Assembly (NCBI GenBank): GCA_012518905.1
Contig: JAAYRF010000006.1
Location: 1 to 39,157, forward strand
Length of the DNA: 39,157 nucleotides
Direction of reading: 5' to 3'
Origin: Bacillota bacterium
GTDB lineage: Bacteria; Bacillota; Limnochordia; DTU087
A model generated the notes under the pieces. It was not told where the DNA came from and made no database searches. It saw only the letters and a list, made by a program, of their open reading frames with translations. Shown here piece after piece: positions 25,934 to 35,060 of this stretch; the first letter of the stretch is position 1, and each line of letters starts with the position of its first letter. Both the position numbers and the translations under genes were made by a program.

Positions 25934-27073
25934 ATGGAATGGAGACATTTCCGCAACCGCCGGGAGCTTTTCATTGTACTTATTATCAGTGCTGTGGTGG
26001 GATTGGCCGGGGGTTGGTGGGTCGATCAGCGATGGTCTGCTAGGTCCATTCCTCCTGCCCCAGAAGAAATAAGAGCAGAAGAGGAGCCTCGGTCTCCATC
26101 TGACAGTGTTAGGACGGGGCTCCTCACTGATCTAGAAGACACTACGGTTAGTGTTGTTGAAAAGGTTGGGCCAGCGGTTGTGAAGATCGCAACTACAGAA
26201 AAGACAATAGTTGATCATTTCTTTGTAGGAAGGATCGTGCAAGAGCGAGAAGGTATCGGATCGGGAGTAATAGTCGACGAAGCAGGCCACATACTCACCA
26301 ACAACCATGTTGTAGCTGGAGCCTCTGAGATCAAGGTCTTTCTGCCTCAACGTCGGGATCCCTATCGAGGGAGTCTAGTTGGTGCCGATCCCTTTACTGA
26401 CTTGGCGGTCATTGAGATTGCCGGTAAGGATCTACCCGTGGCTGAACTGGGCGATTCTGATAAGCTGCGGGTAGGTCAGCTAGTCATCGCCATTGGCAAT
26501 CCCTATGGTTTTGAGAATTCTGTAACCTTAGGATTGATAAGCGCCCTTGGCCGAGGGCTGCTAGTCGATCCCGATTATGGTTTGCAGATCGAAGGCGTAA
26601 TCCAAACAGATGCTTCGATAAACCCCGGCAATAGTGGAGGTCCACTATTAGACCTCGAGGGACGGGTTATCGGCATTAATACTGCCATCATAGCGGAGGC
26701 CCAAGGGATAGGCTTTGCCATACCTACTAATACGGCTCGAGAGATCATGACTGAGTTGATCGCCCACGGCAGGATCTTACGCTTGGGTATTTTGGGTGGT
26801 GCCATTGATGACGTTTTTGTAGCGCGCTATGAGCGGGAAACCGGCACCACTCTACCGGTACAGGCTGGCATCTATCTGGTTGAAGTGGTTGCTGATGGCC
26901 CGGCGGCTAAGGCAGGCTTGCAGCCCGGTGACATAATTACCGAGGCTGGCGGCCAGTATATCCGAACCATGGAAAGACTAGTTGAAGAGGTGCAGAAAGC
27001 AGGTCATGGTGGGAAGTTGGGTATCGTGTTTTTCCGAGGGAATGCTAAGTTAGCGGTAACAGCTAGTCTCTAG
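25934..27073 (+). CDS. htrA: HtrA/DegP-family serine protease (trypsin domain plus PDZ)
   Basis: The protein has an N-terminal TM anchor, catalytic motifs (TNNHV, D..LAVI, GNSGGPL) and a C-terminal PDZ domain. The start is the ATG 8 nt after GAGGGAGG. Confidence 0.88.
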   Translation: MEWRHFRNRRELFIVLIISAVVGLAGGWWVDQRWSARSIPPAPEEIRAEEEPRSPSDSVRTGLLTDLEDTTVSVVEKVGPAVVKIATTEKTIVDHFFVGRIVQEREGIGSGVIVDEAGHILTNNHVVAGASEIKVFLPQRRDPYRGSLVGADPFTDLAVIEIAGKDLPVAELGDSDKLRVGQLVIAIGNPYGFENSVTLGLISALGRGLLVDPDYGLQIEGVIQTDASINPGNSGGPLLDLEGRVIGINTAIIAEAQGIGFAIPTNTAREIMTELIAHGRILRLGILGGAIDDVFVARYERETGTTLPVQAGIYLVEVVADGPAAKAGLQPGDIITEAGGQYIRTMERLVEEVQKAGHGGKLGIVFFRGNAKLAVTASL

Positions 27074-27133
27074 GCAGAACTCCCCGGCATCCCCCTTCTA
27101 GACCTCAACTAACGGAAGGGGGATGGATGTTAA

Positions 27134-27613
27134 TTGCAGGTTACAGTAGCAGCAGCAGGGAGGGTCAGAGAAGCTTATCTCGCCAAAGGTATTGCTGAAT
27201 ATGCCAAGCGGCTCCGCGCTTATTGTCAGCTTAGCATAGTGGAAGTGAAAGATGAGCCTTTTCGAGAGGGGTACTCCCCGGCCCAGTTGCAGATGGTTAT
27301 GGCTAAAGAAGCGGAGCGTTTGCGGAAGGCAATCCCGCAAAGGAGCTATGTTATCGCATTGGACATCCATGGCGAAATGCGTTCTTCTGAGGAATGGGCC
27401 GCTTTCATAGAGCGTTTGGGAGTCGAAGGTTCTAGCCACATAACTTTTGTCATCGGGGGAGCACTGGGTCTCCATTCCTCCATACTATCTAGCGCCGACT
27501 TGCGCTTGTCCTTTTCCCCCTTGACATTCCCCCATCAGCTGATGCGGCTAATCCTTTTGGAGCAGATCTACCGCTGGTTTACCATCACCAGAGGGGAATC
27601 GTATCATCGCTGA
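27134..27613 (+). CDS. rlmH: 23S rRNA (pseudouridine1915-N3)-methyltransferase RlmH
   Basis: The 159-aa SPOUT protein contains IALDIHGE..SSEEWA and FVIGGALGL. The start is TTG. The htrA-rlmH order matches that in Bacillus. Confidence 0.88.
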   Translation: MQVTVAAAGRVREAYLAKGIAEYAKRLRAYCQLSIVEVKDEPFREGYSPAQLQMVMAKEAERLRKAIPQRSYVIALDIHGEMRSSEEWAAFIERLGVEGSSHITFVIGGALGLHSSILSSADLRLSFSPLTFPHQLMRLILLEQIYRWFTITRGESYHR

Positions 27614-27620
27614 TCAAAGA

Positions 27621-27644
27621 AGCCAAGGGCTTGCGCCCTTGGCT
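27621..27644. terminator. Terminator hairpin between convergent rlmH and the isomerase-family gene
   Basis: A 10-bp stem pairs AGCCAAGGGC with GCCCTTGGCT across a TTGC loop. The T-rich tail (TTCTTTG) is on the - strand side. Confidence 0.6.
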
Positions 27645-27672
27645 GTCCTACGAAGCAAGGAGATTCACCATG

Positions 27673-29082
27673 TTATGCCCGATGATAGTAGGTGTCCCAG
27701 CCAAGATATTTGTCAAAAGCTTCATAGATGGCAGCGGCCACTTGGGATGGGGTAATGGCAACATGATGCTCAAACCCATTGCTGCAGATGTGGTGAAGCA
27801 GGTGCTGCAAGTTGGGGATCCGAACAACACCATAGCCTCCAAAAGTGGTCAAAGGATCGTCGGTAAACTCACCTTCTCCTACATAGGCTCGAACAATTCC
27901 GTTGGTATCATCTGTGCTTACCCGGGCGAAGCTAAAGGGGCCCGGTTTGATCCTACCCGTGACTGCTCCATAGGTGTTTTCTTTTCCTACAGTACCGGCA
28001 ATAATGTCTTGATAACCCATGGAGGGATCTTCCATGAGGTCCCGGGGGAAATTGCTGCAGTGGAAAGCTACAGCTTTGTCAAGATGATCCCCATAGTTGT
28101 TATTCCAGTCCACTATGGCACTAGGTTTTTGCGACGCTGCTTGTAACGCAAGCATGCCGATGAGCCCGGTAACATCGACCTCGCAAGCACTGGGGATTAG
28201 CCTGTTACTCATCATGCTCATGACCGCGCAAGGGACTATGCCAAAAAACTCCTCCATGGATGTCCAGCACTGGATAGCAGTGCCGATTAGCTCATTCTCC
28301 TCTACCCAGCGGTCGATTACTACACCAAGTTTTGCCATCTTAAGTAGAGCATCTTGGGGAACTCCAGTAGTTCTGATGTAGCCACCTATATCGGTCAGTA
28401 GTTTCTGAACTTGGGGTTCTGTGTCAGCGAGGCGTTCTATCTCACCAAAGACCTCTGATAAGTCCAAAGGCTCCACAGAGATACCTGCGGCTTCCAATAA
28501 CTTTTCGCTGTAGCGTACAGTATTGAAGTTAGGTGGCCTGGTACCGATGGCTCCAATGCGAGCACCTTGAAGCGTTTTAACGACGCGACAGATTGCTGCA
28601 AACCATTCCAGATCTTTGGCAAAGGATGTGTCAGCTGGTGCTACGGTATGCTTACTGGTAAGGGAAAATGGGATACCGTACTGTTTGAGATTGTTGCATA
28701 CAGAGAGTTTACCACAAAAACTGTCTCGTCGATGGGCGAGATCCATCTTGTTGGGGTCGTCGGCAAAGGCGTGCACCAATACCGGCACTTTTAGGCCTGA
28801 TAGCCGTATGGCGTTGGCCACACCTCGCTCATCGCCGAAGTTGGGTAACGTTACCAAGATACCGTCGATTTGGTCACCATGCTCTTTGAAGAGGTTAGCA
28901 CACTTTCGGGCATCATCCCACGTCTCCACGGTTCCGAGATTTGTATCTTGGGGAGTGAGGGATATGACTTGGAAACCCTGGGTCCTTAGGATCTCCAGAA
29001 CATCACGGCGCCCCTCTTCACAGAGACTATCGGGGAAAAAATTCCGATTGCCCACAATCATGCCTAGAGTAATTTGAGACAT
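27673..29082 (-). CDS. L-fucose/L-arabinose isomerase-family protein (COG2407)
   Basis: The 469-aa protein begins ITLGMIVGNRNFFPD and shows conserved family blocks throughout. The RBS is GAGGAGGAG. Confidence 0.8.
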   Translation of the reverse strand: MSQITLGMIVGNRNFFPDSLCEEGRRDVLEILRTQGFQVISLTPQDTNLGTVETWDDARKCANLFKEHGDQIDGILVTLPNFGDERGVANAIRLSGLKVPVLVHAFADDPNKMDLAHRRDSFCGKLSVCNNLKQYGIPFSLTSKHTVAPADTSFAKDLEWFAAICRVVKTLQGARIGAIGTRPPNFNTVRYSEKLLEAAGISVEPLDLSEVFGEIERLADTEPQVQKLLTDIGGYIRTTGVPQDALLKMAKLGVVIDRWVEENELIGTAIQCWTSMEEFFGIVPCAVMSMMSNRLIPSACEVDVTGLIGMLALQAASQKPSAIVDWNNNYGDHLDKAVAFHCSNFPRDLMEDPSMGYQDIIAGTVGKENTYGAVTGRIKPGPFSFARVSTDDTNGIVRAYVGEGEFTDDPLTTFGGYGVVRIPNLQHLLHHICSNGFEHHVAITPSQVAAAIYEAFDKYLGWDTYYHRA

Positions 29083-29209
29083 TGACGTATCTCCTCCTCT
29101 AGCGCCCAGATTTGTCTGGTGCTTTCATACTACCAAAAACGTTCGGCACCCAACAAAGTTTTCCTTTCCAGCAAACATACTGGCAAGAGAGGGAGCTGAC
29201 CACACCTAT

Positions 29210-29239
29210 TTGCAGAACATGGCTAGGTACGGGTATAAT
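29210..29239 (+). promoter_or_regulatory. Candidate sigma-A promoter for glyQS
   Basis: TTGCAG-18 nt-TATAAT, located about 57 nt upstream of the ATG. Confidence 0.45.
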
Positions 29240-29295
29240 AGGGCAAGAACCTAGAAGCATATCAAATTATATAGAGGTTGGGAAGGAGCCAAACG

Positions 29296-30681
29296 ATGAC
29301 GGAGAAGACCATGGATCAGCTGGTTGCATTATCCAAGTCCCGGGGCTTTGTCTACCCTGGTTCGGAGATATATGGTGGGTTGGCCAATACTTGGGACTAT
29401 GGGCCTTTGGGTGTAGAGCTGAAGAACAATATCAAGAACGCTTGGTGGAAGAAGTTCATCCAGGAATCACCGTATAATGTCGGTCTCGATTCCGCCATAC
29501 TTATGAACCCTCAGACATGGGTGGTCTCGGGGCATGTGGGTAGCTTCAGTGATCCTTTGATTGACTGCAGACAGTGTAAGGCCAGATTCCGCGCTGATAA
29601 GCTTATTGAGGAACACATGACCAAGGTGAATCAGGACCAGGTCGTGGACGGCTGGTCGGAGGATCAGATGTCGGGTTATATTCAGGACAAGGGGTTGGCA
29701 TGTCCTCGGTGTGGTGGCCGGGATTTCACAGACATCCGCCAGTTTAATCTCATGTTCAAGACTTTTCAAGGTGTCACGGAAGATGCGAAATCGGAAATCT
29801 ATCTAAGGCCAGAGACTGCTCAAGGGATTTTTGTCAATTTTAGAAATGTTCTACGGACCAGCCGCAAGAAGATACCCTTTGGCATAGGGCAGATTGGCAA
29901 GTCCTTCCGCAACGAAATAACGCCAGGCAATTTCATCTTTCGCACCAGAGAATTCGAGCAGATGGAGCTGGAGTTCTTCTGTGAACCTGGTACCGATATG
30001 GAATGGTACGAATACTGGAAGGAGTTTTGCCTAGACTGGTTGCTGGATTTGGGTATCGACTCCGACAATTTACGCATGCGAGATCACACCCTCGAAGAGC
30101 TTTCCCACTATAGTAAAGCTACAACGGATATCGAATACCGCTATCCCTTTGGTTGGGGCGAGTTGTGGGGAATCGCTAACCGGACCGACTATGACCTGCG
30201 CCAGCATAGCGAGGCAACGGGGGAGGACCTCTCTTATCTCGATCCTTTTACTAATGAGAAGTATACACCCTATTGTGTTGAGCCATCGGTGGGTGTTGAT
30301 CGGTTGTTTCTAATGTTTTTTGCTGATGCTTTCCAAGAGGAGAAGTTAGAAGGCGGAGACACCCGTAACGTCCTACGGCTGCATCCGTATCTAGCTCCCT
30401 TCAAAGCCGCTGTGCTTCCCCTTTCAAAGCGGTTAGTTCCCGAAGCGGAGAAAGTCTATGAGCTTCTCAGACCCCATTTCTTGGTGGGTTATGATGATGC
30501 TGGCAGCATCGGCCGTCGTTATCGTCGCCAAGATGAGATCGGGACGCCGTTTTGCATTACCTTTGATTTTGACTCTCTTGAGGATAAAGCTGTCACGATA
30601 CGAGATCGCGATACCATGGAGCAAATACGTCTGCCCATAGCTGAGCTCGTAGAATATCTCGGGGACAAGCTAGTTTACTAG
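29296..30681 (+). CDS. glyQS: Glycine--tRNA ligase (homodimeric class II type)
   Basis: The protein is GlyRS-like along its full length ([24 protein letters not shown]...[21 protein letters not shown]...). The start is the ATG after GGAAGGAG. Confidence 0.92.
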   Translation: MTEKTMDQLVALSKSRGFVYPGSEIYGGLANTWDYGPLGVELKNNIKNAWWKKFIQESPYNVGLDSAILMNPQTWVVSGHVGSFSDPLIDCRQCKARFRADKLIEEHMTKVNQDQVVDGWSEDQMSGYIQDKGLACPRCGGRDFTDIRQFNLMFKTFQGVTEDAKSEIYLRPETAQGIFVNFRNVLRTSRKKIPFGIGQIGKSFRNEITPGNFIFRTREFEQMELEFFCEPGTDMEWYEYWKEFCLDWLLDLGIDSDNLRMRDHTLEELSHYSKATTDIEYRYPFGWGELWGIANRTDYDLRQHSEATGEDLSYLDPFTNEKYTPYCVEPSVGVDRLFLMFFADAFQEEKLEGGDTRNVLRLHPYLAPFKAAVLPLSKRLVPEAEKVYELLRPHFLVGYDDAGSIGRRYRRQDEIGTPFCITFDFDSLEDKAVTIRDRDTMEQIRLPIAELVEYLGDKLVY

Positions 30682-30770
30682 ATCACTCAGTATTGATGCA
30701 GGATAACAATGGTCAAGCTGGAATAGTATCGAAAAAGGGATAACGGTATTTCTTAGGGAGGGAAGCAGAC

Positions 30771-31406
30771 TTGGCGTGGAAGAGGATCTCCGATGCAGTG
30801 ATCCGGCGTCTACCTCTATATCTCCGGGTACTTGAGGAAGTCAAGAGCAAACAGTCGTCCATCTCCTCCCAGGAGCTAGGAAGCAAAGCTGGTGTTACAC
30901 CGGCCTTGGTGCGTAAGGATTTGGCTTGGTTTGGAGAGTTCGGAAAACAAGGGGTAGGCTATGATGTAGAGTTTCTCCAGGATGAGCTACGGAAGATCCT
31001 TCACCTCGATGCGCCTATTCATATGGCGCTAGTGGGTGTAGGTAGTTTAGGACGTGCTTTAACTCGCTATAACCGTCGCCGCTTCCGGGATGACCCGATT
31101 TTTACCATCAACTTGGTGGCTCTCTTTGACGCGGACCCTAAGGTGGTTGGCACAACATTTGATGGTGTATCAATTCACCACATAACGGACATTTCTCGAG
31201 TTGTTGCGAAGATGGATATTCAAATGGCAATCGTGACTGTCCCCGCAGATGCCGCCCAAGAAGTGGGGAATCTGCTGGCTGAGGCAGGTGTGAAGGCGAT
31301 TCTCAACTTTGCTCCGGTCAGCATAGACCTTCCCAGCGATGTGCATGTTGCCAACGCCGATTTGAGTCTGGAATTACAGCGCCTAGCGTATTACATCCAT
31401 GGGTAA
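30771..31406 (+). CDS. rex: Redox-sensing transcriptional repressor Rex
   Basis: The sequence runs RRLPLYLRVLEE...SSQELG...LVGVGSLGRAL and then a Rossmann fold. The start is TTG, 8 nt after AGGGAGGG. Confidence 0.9.
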   Translation: MAWKRISDAVIRRLPLYLRVLEEVKSKQSSISSQELGSKAGVTPALVRKDLAWFGEFGKQGVGYDVEFLQDELRKILHLDAPIHMALVGVGSLGRALTRYNRRRFRDDPIFTINLVALFDADPKVVGTTFDGVSIHHITDISRVVAKMDIQMAIVTVPADAAQEVGNLLAEAGVKAILNFAPVSIDLPSDVHVANADLSLELQRLAYYIHG

Positions 31407-31515
31407 TGATCGCGTTAACTGGGAGAAACTGGAGAGACCATCTTTGGCCAGGACGTATATTGCAGTAGGAACTCGGGCACCATCATAAATGCAACCCACA
31501 GTATGTCAGTTGGGT

Positions 31516-31905
31516 TGGGTAAAGGGGTCCATAGCGGTCGAGCGCAGATCTATGCAGGTTCTGTAGGGGATCTGCATAGGTCGAGCAAAGGCCAAAACCG
31601 GTTCCAAATCGGGGATCGGTTTTCGCCGGCGCCAAGGTTATTGCATGTCTCATAGGGGTTGGTAACGGCTGTAGAAGCTGTTACTGGCTCTGCAGGGATG
31701 TGCAGTAGCCGGGCCAAGATCACCCCGAGTTGCCCAAGGATCTATGGTGGCCATCAGGTCACTATAGGTTCAGAATGTGACTCGTGGTGGTCGGGCGAAG
31801 ATCAGCGTATTTTCCGTAAGGTTCTATAGCAGCCGAAAGGTTGCTGTGGGATCTGTAGGGAGGTACGTTGGTCGGAGCGAAGATCGTTATGGGCTCCTTT
31901 ATCGA
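31516..31905 (+). repeat. Degenerate non-coding tandem array of ~9 units of ~41-43 nt, forming serial hairpins (candidate structured RNA)
   Basis: The anchor motif GGTCGRGCG(A/C)AGATC and its variants occur at 31536, 31579, 31624, 31707, 31789 and 31870. Weaker units lie between them. Stops occur in all frames. Unit spacings are 39-46 nt and are mostly not multiples of 3. Confidence 0.6.
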
Positions 31906-31906
31906 T

Positions 31907-31942
31907 CCTCCGGCGGTGGAAGGCGGATGCCACCGCCAGAGG
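31907..31942 (-). terminator. GC-rich hairpin immediately after the MCP stop codon
   Basis: On the - strand a 13-bp stem pairs CCTCTGGCGGTGG with CCACCGCCGGAGG, including one U-G pair. On the + strand that position is a C-A mismatch. There is no clear U-tract. Confidence 0.5.
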
Positions 31943-31955
31943 AAAAGAGGCCGGT

Positions 31956-33068
31956 TTAAACTCGGAACTCCTGCACCTGATCTTTTATGCGTTCTGCCAT
32001 ACTGGTCAAAGTCTGAGCTCTCTGTGATATCTGCTCTATGGAGGCAGCTTGTTCTTCGGCTACGGCTGCAATCTGCTGACTTCCGCTGCTTAGATGCTGG
32101 ATATTGGAGCTGAGATTCTGCATTTCTCTAACCGACCTATCGACTTCTTTCTTAACGGCGCTAAAGCTTTCTGACAGCTGCCTAAGAATGTTTCTACCAC
32201 CTTCTACTGCACGGACATTCATATCCACAGCAGCATCAGCCTGGGAGTCACCCTCAGATATGTTGGCAACTACCCGCTGTACTTCATTGGCTGCTCGCCC
32301 CGATTGCTCCGCAAGCTGTCTAACTTCCTCAGCTACCACGGCAAATCCCCGACCTTGCTCACCGGCTCGCGCTGCTTCGATGGCGGCATTGAGTGCTAGC
32401 ATGTTGGTTTGGTCGGCAATATCAGTTATGTCACCGACAAACCGATCGATTTGCTCGTAGCGTTGTCCCAAATCTTTCCTTATTTCGGCTAGCTCGGAAA
32501 TGGCCTGTTCTATCTGAGCCATTTGATTTACTACCTCTTGGATCAACGCTAAGTGGTCTTCGGTGATTTCACCCACCTTTAGAGAGGATTCTGCCAACAC
32601 CCCGGAAGTAGCGTTAACCTGCTGGACCGAACTGGCAAATTGGTTAGCAGTACTGGCCACCTCTTGAACAGATGCATTAATTTCTTCTGAAGAGGTCAGT
32701 AGGTTCTCACTAGCCTCAAGTAGCTCTTGGGAGATCCCTTGCACACTTCCGAAGAAGGTCTTCAGTTTGTCTCCTAGGCTGACTAGAGATTGGCCTAGGG
32801 AGCCAAGACGTCGATCCTCGTTGGCAGCCAGCTTATCTGCGGAGCTTAAGTCGCCCTTTGCCAGCTGCTTTGTAACTTCTTCTATATCTTCGAATCTTTG
32901 CTTTCCCATGAAGACTCCAAAGCCGGCCAGAAGGAAGTTGACTGCCAATATGCCTACGACCCATGCCATCTCCTGCAATGACTCAGCTATTTTCAGAAAA
33001 CGAATGATTGCCGTGGAAATCCCGATAAATACAACACCTACGATGAGCTTTCTCCAATTCACCTTCAT
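31956..33068 (-). CDS. Methyl-accepting chemotaxis protein (2 TM, HAMP, MCP signalling domain)
   Basis: The highly conserved hairpin region reads [40 protein letters not shown]. The RBS is GGGGAGGAA. Confidence 0.9.
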   Translation of the reverse strand: MKVNWRKLIVGVVFIGISTAIIRFLKIAESLQEMAWVVGILAVNFLLAGFGVFMGKQRFEDIEEVTKQLAKGDLSSADKLAANEDRRLGSLGQSLVSLGDKLKTFFGSVQGISQELLEASENLLTSSEEINASVQEVASTANQFASSVQQVNATSGVLAESSLKVGEITEDHLALIQEVVNQMAQIEQAISELAEIRKDLGQRYEQIDRFVGDITDIADQTNMLALNAAIEAARAGEQGRGFAVVAEEVRQLAEQSGRAANEVQRVVANISEGDSQADAAVDMNVRAVEGGRNILRQLSESFSAVKKEVDRSVREMQNLSSNIQHLSSGSQQIAAVAEEQAASIEQISQRAQTLTSMAERIKDQVQEFRV

Positions 33069-33335
33069 GAACTAGATTCCTCCCCGCTCGTTTCCGGATA
33101 AAGATATTCTTGGTAGATACTAGTACTAGATTCTGCATGGACACAATCTTTCCTACATACAATAGGAAAAATCCTCCAACCTTAAGGGAAATGGCAGGCA
33201 CTGGTATAGGCCCATAGATCGGGAAGGATCCTTTTATCTTGGTGTGGAAATACTGTTGGCAGGTGCTAAATAAGCCCATGGATATTGGGGTGTCGACGGG
33301 AGACGGATATAGCTTTTATAGAAAGGGAGCTGCCC

Positions 33336-35006
33336 ATGTTAAGTGATATAGAGATTGCCCAAAATGCCAAGTTGCGGCCGATTCAGGAGGTTGCCCACCA
33401 GCTTGGCCTCGGTCCCGATGATCTGGAGCTGTACGGGAAATACAAAGCGAAGATCGGCTCAGATGTCTGGGATAGGGTAAAGAACAATTCCCATGGGAAA
33501 CTGATTTACACAACAGCCATAACGGCCACGGCTGCCGGAGAAGGGAAGACATGTACTGCCATCGGCTTAGTACAAGCACTAGGCCAGTTGGGTAAGAAAA
33601 CAATGGTCTGCCTCAGAGAGCCCTCTCTAGGTCCCACCTTTGGTATTAAGGGAGGAGCAGCAGGAGGAGGCTATGCCCAAGTTGTACCCATGGAGGATAT
33701 CAACCTGCACTTTACCGGTGATATTCATGCCGTAGGTACAGCCCACAATCTTCTAGCCGCTATCATCGACAATCACATTGTTCAGGGGAATGAGCTGAAT
33801 ATAGACCCTAAACGTGTGTTGTGGCGCCGGGTGATGGATATGAATGATCGCCAGCTGCGCAATATCGTTGTGGGGCTAGGTGGACCTGGTAACGGTGTAG
33901 CCAAAGAATCCGGTTTTGACATTACTGTAGCCTCCGAGATCATGGCGATTTTGTGCCTGGCAGAGGATATGGATGACTTAAAGAATCGCCTGGGACGAAT
34001 GTTGGTAGCGTATACCCGGGACAAGCAACCTGTCTATGCCCGGGACTTGGGGGTGGTAGGCTCCCTAGCGGTTCTCCTCAAAGACGCCCTAAAGCCCAAT
34101 TTGGTTCAGACCCTAGAAGGTCAGCCGGCGTTCATCCACGGGGGGCCCTTTGCCAACATTGCTCACGGAAACAACAGTATTGTCGCTACGCGCTTAGCTC
34201 TAAAGCTAGCTGATTATGTAGTAACCGAGGGTGGATTTGCTGCCGATCTTGGCGCAGAGAAATTCTTTGATATTGTCCACGGATATAGCGGCTTGACTCC
34301 TGATGTGGCGGTTTTGGTGGCATCGGTTAGAGCTCTTAACATGCACGGGGGAGTCCCTCGGGAGGACGTGGCAAAAACCAACCTAAAGGCTCTAGAACAA
34401 GGGTTAAGCAATTTACGAAAGCATGTTGCCAATCTGCAGAAATTCGGTTTGCCAGTAGTGGTGGCTATTAATCGATTTCCTACAGATGAGCCAGCGGAGT
34501 TGGAGCTTGTGGAAAGAGCCTGCGCTGAGCTAGAAGTTAAGGCGGCTATCTCGGAAGTTGTCTCCAAGGGCGGACCTGGTGGTCGGGAGTTGGCAGAAGC
34601 TGTGCTTGCTGCTTTGACTGAAGAAGAGAACCGATTCCAGCCACTGTATGATTGGAGTCGACCTATAAAGGAAAAAATGGATATTCTGGCTCAGGAAATC
34701 TACGGGGCTGATGGTGTCGTATATACGACTAGAGCCGAACAAGATATACAAGCTCTTACAGATATGGGCTATGGCAATCTACCTATCTGTGTAGCCAAGA
34801 CTCAGCATTCTCTATCGGACAATCCGGCTCTAAAAGGTGCTCCTAGCAACTGGACTTTGACTGTCAGGGAAGTGCGAGCCTCATTGGGAGCAGGCTTTTT
34901 AGTACCCCTAACGGGAGATATGATGACGATGCCGGGATTGCCCAGGTTGCCAGCAGCCAATCGGATTGACATAGATTCAGACGGGACTATTACCGGATTA
35001 TCATAG
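33336..35006 (+). CDS. fhs: Formate--tetrahydrofolate ligase
   Basis: The protein is FTHFS-like along its full length (LSDIEIAQ...TPAGEGKT...[19 protein letters not shown]...[11 protein letters not shown]...). The start is the ATG after AAAGGGAG. Confidence 0.93.
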   Translation: MLSDIEIAQNAKLRPIQEVAHQLGLGPDDLELYGKYKAKIGSDVWDRVKNNSHGKLIYTTAITATAAGEGKTCTAIGLVQALGQLGKKTMVCLREPSLGPTFGIKGGAAGGGYAQVVPMEDINLHFTGDIHAVGTAHNLLAAIIDNHIVQGNELNIDPKRVLWRRVMDMNDRQLRNIVVGLGGPGNGVAKESGFDITVASEIMAILCLAEDMDDLKNRLGRMLVAYTRDKQPVYARDLGVVGSLAVLLKDALKPNLVQTLEGQPAFIHGGPFANIAHGNNSIVATRLALKLADYVVTEGGFAADLGAEKFFDIVHGYSGLTPDVAVLVASVRALNMHGGVPREDVAKTNLKALEQGLSNLRKHVANLQKFGLPVVVAINRFPTDEPAELELVERACAELEVKAAISEVVSKGGPGGRELAEAVLAALTEEENRFQPLYDWSRPIKEKMDILAQEIYGADGVVYTTRAEQDIQALTDMGYGNLPICVAKTQHSLSDNPALKGAPSNWTLTVREVRASLGAGFLVPLTGDMMTMPGLPRLPAANRIDIDSDGTITGLS

Positions 35007-35060
35007 GGTAAGACGACGGTCAGTGCACGAAGAGAGAGTCTGCAAATCATTAAGGAGTGG

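Noticed and set aside
31516-31905. A CRISPR array as the explanation for the periodic repeats.
   Set aside because: The 41-43 nt period is far too short for repeat plus spacer. There is no alternation of conserved repeat and unique spacer, since the whole unit is degenerate. No cas genes or leader are present in the window.
31441-31955. A known housekeeping RNA (tmRNA, RNase P RNA, 6S, SRP RNA, OLE-like) in the large ORF-free spacer.
   Set aside because: I could not find the diagnostic signatures. There is no tRNA-like acceptor/T-arm with a 3' CCA for tmRNA and no GAGGAAAGUCCGGGC-type RNase P core. The internal tandem periodicity is not a property of any of these RNAs. A covariance-model scan would be needed to exclude them formally.
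31441-31955. A replication origin or DnaA-box cluster, suggested by the GATC enrichment.
   Set aside because: I saw no TTATCCACA-type DnaA boxes, no AT-rich unwinding element, and no dnaA, dnaN or other origin-linked genes nearby.
31777-32113. ORF-track entries 31777..31959 (+) and 31868..32113 (+), considered as possible genes in the rex-mcp spacer.
   Set aside because: Neither has an RBS. Their Gly/Arg/Ser-rich products only mirror the nucleotide repeat. Repeat-unit spacings are not multiples of 3, and the same frame upstream contains four stops. The second ORF runs antisense into the well-supported MCP gene.
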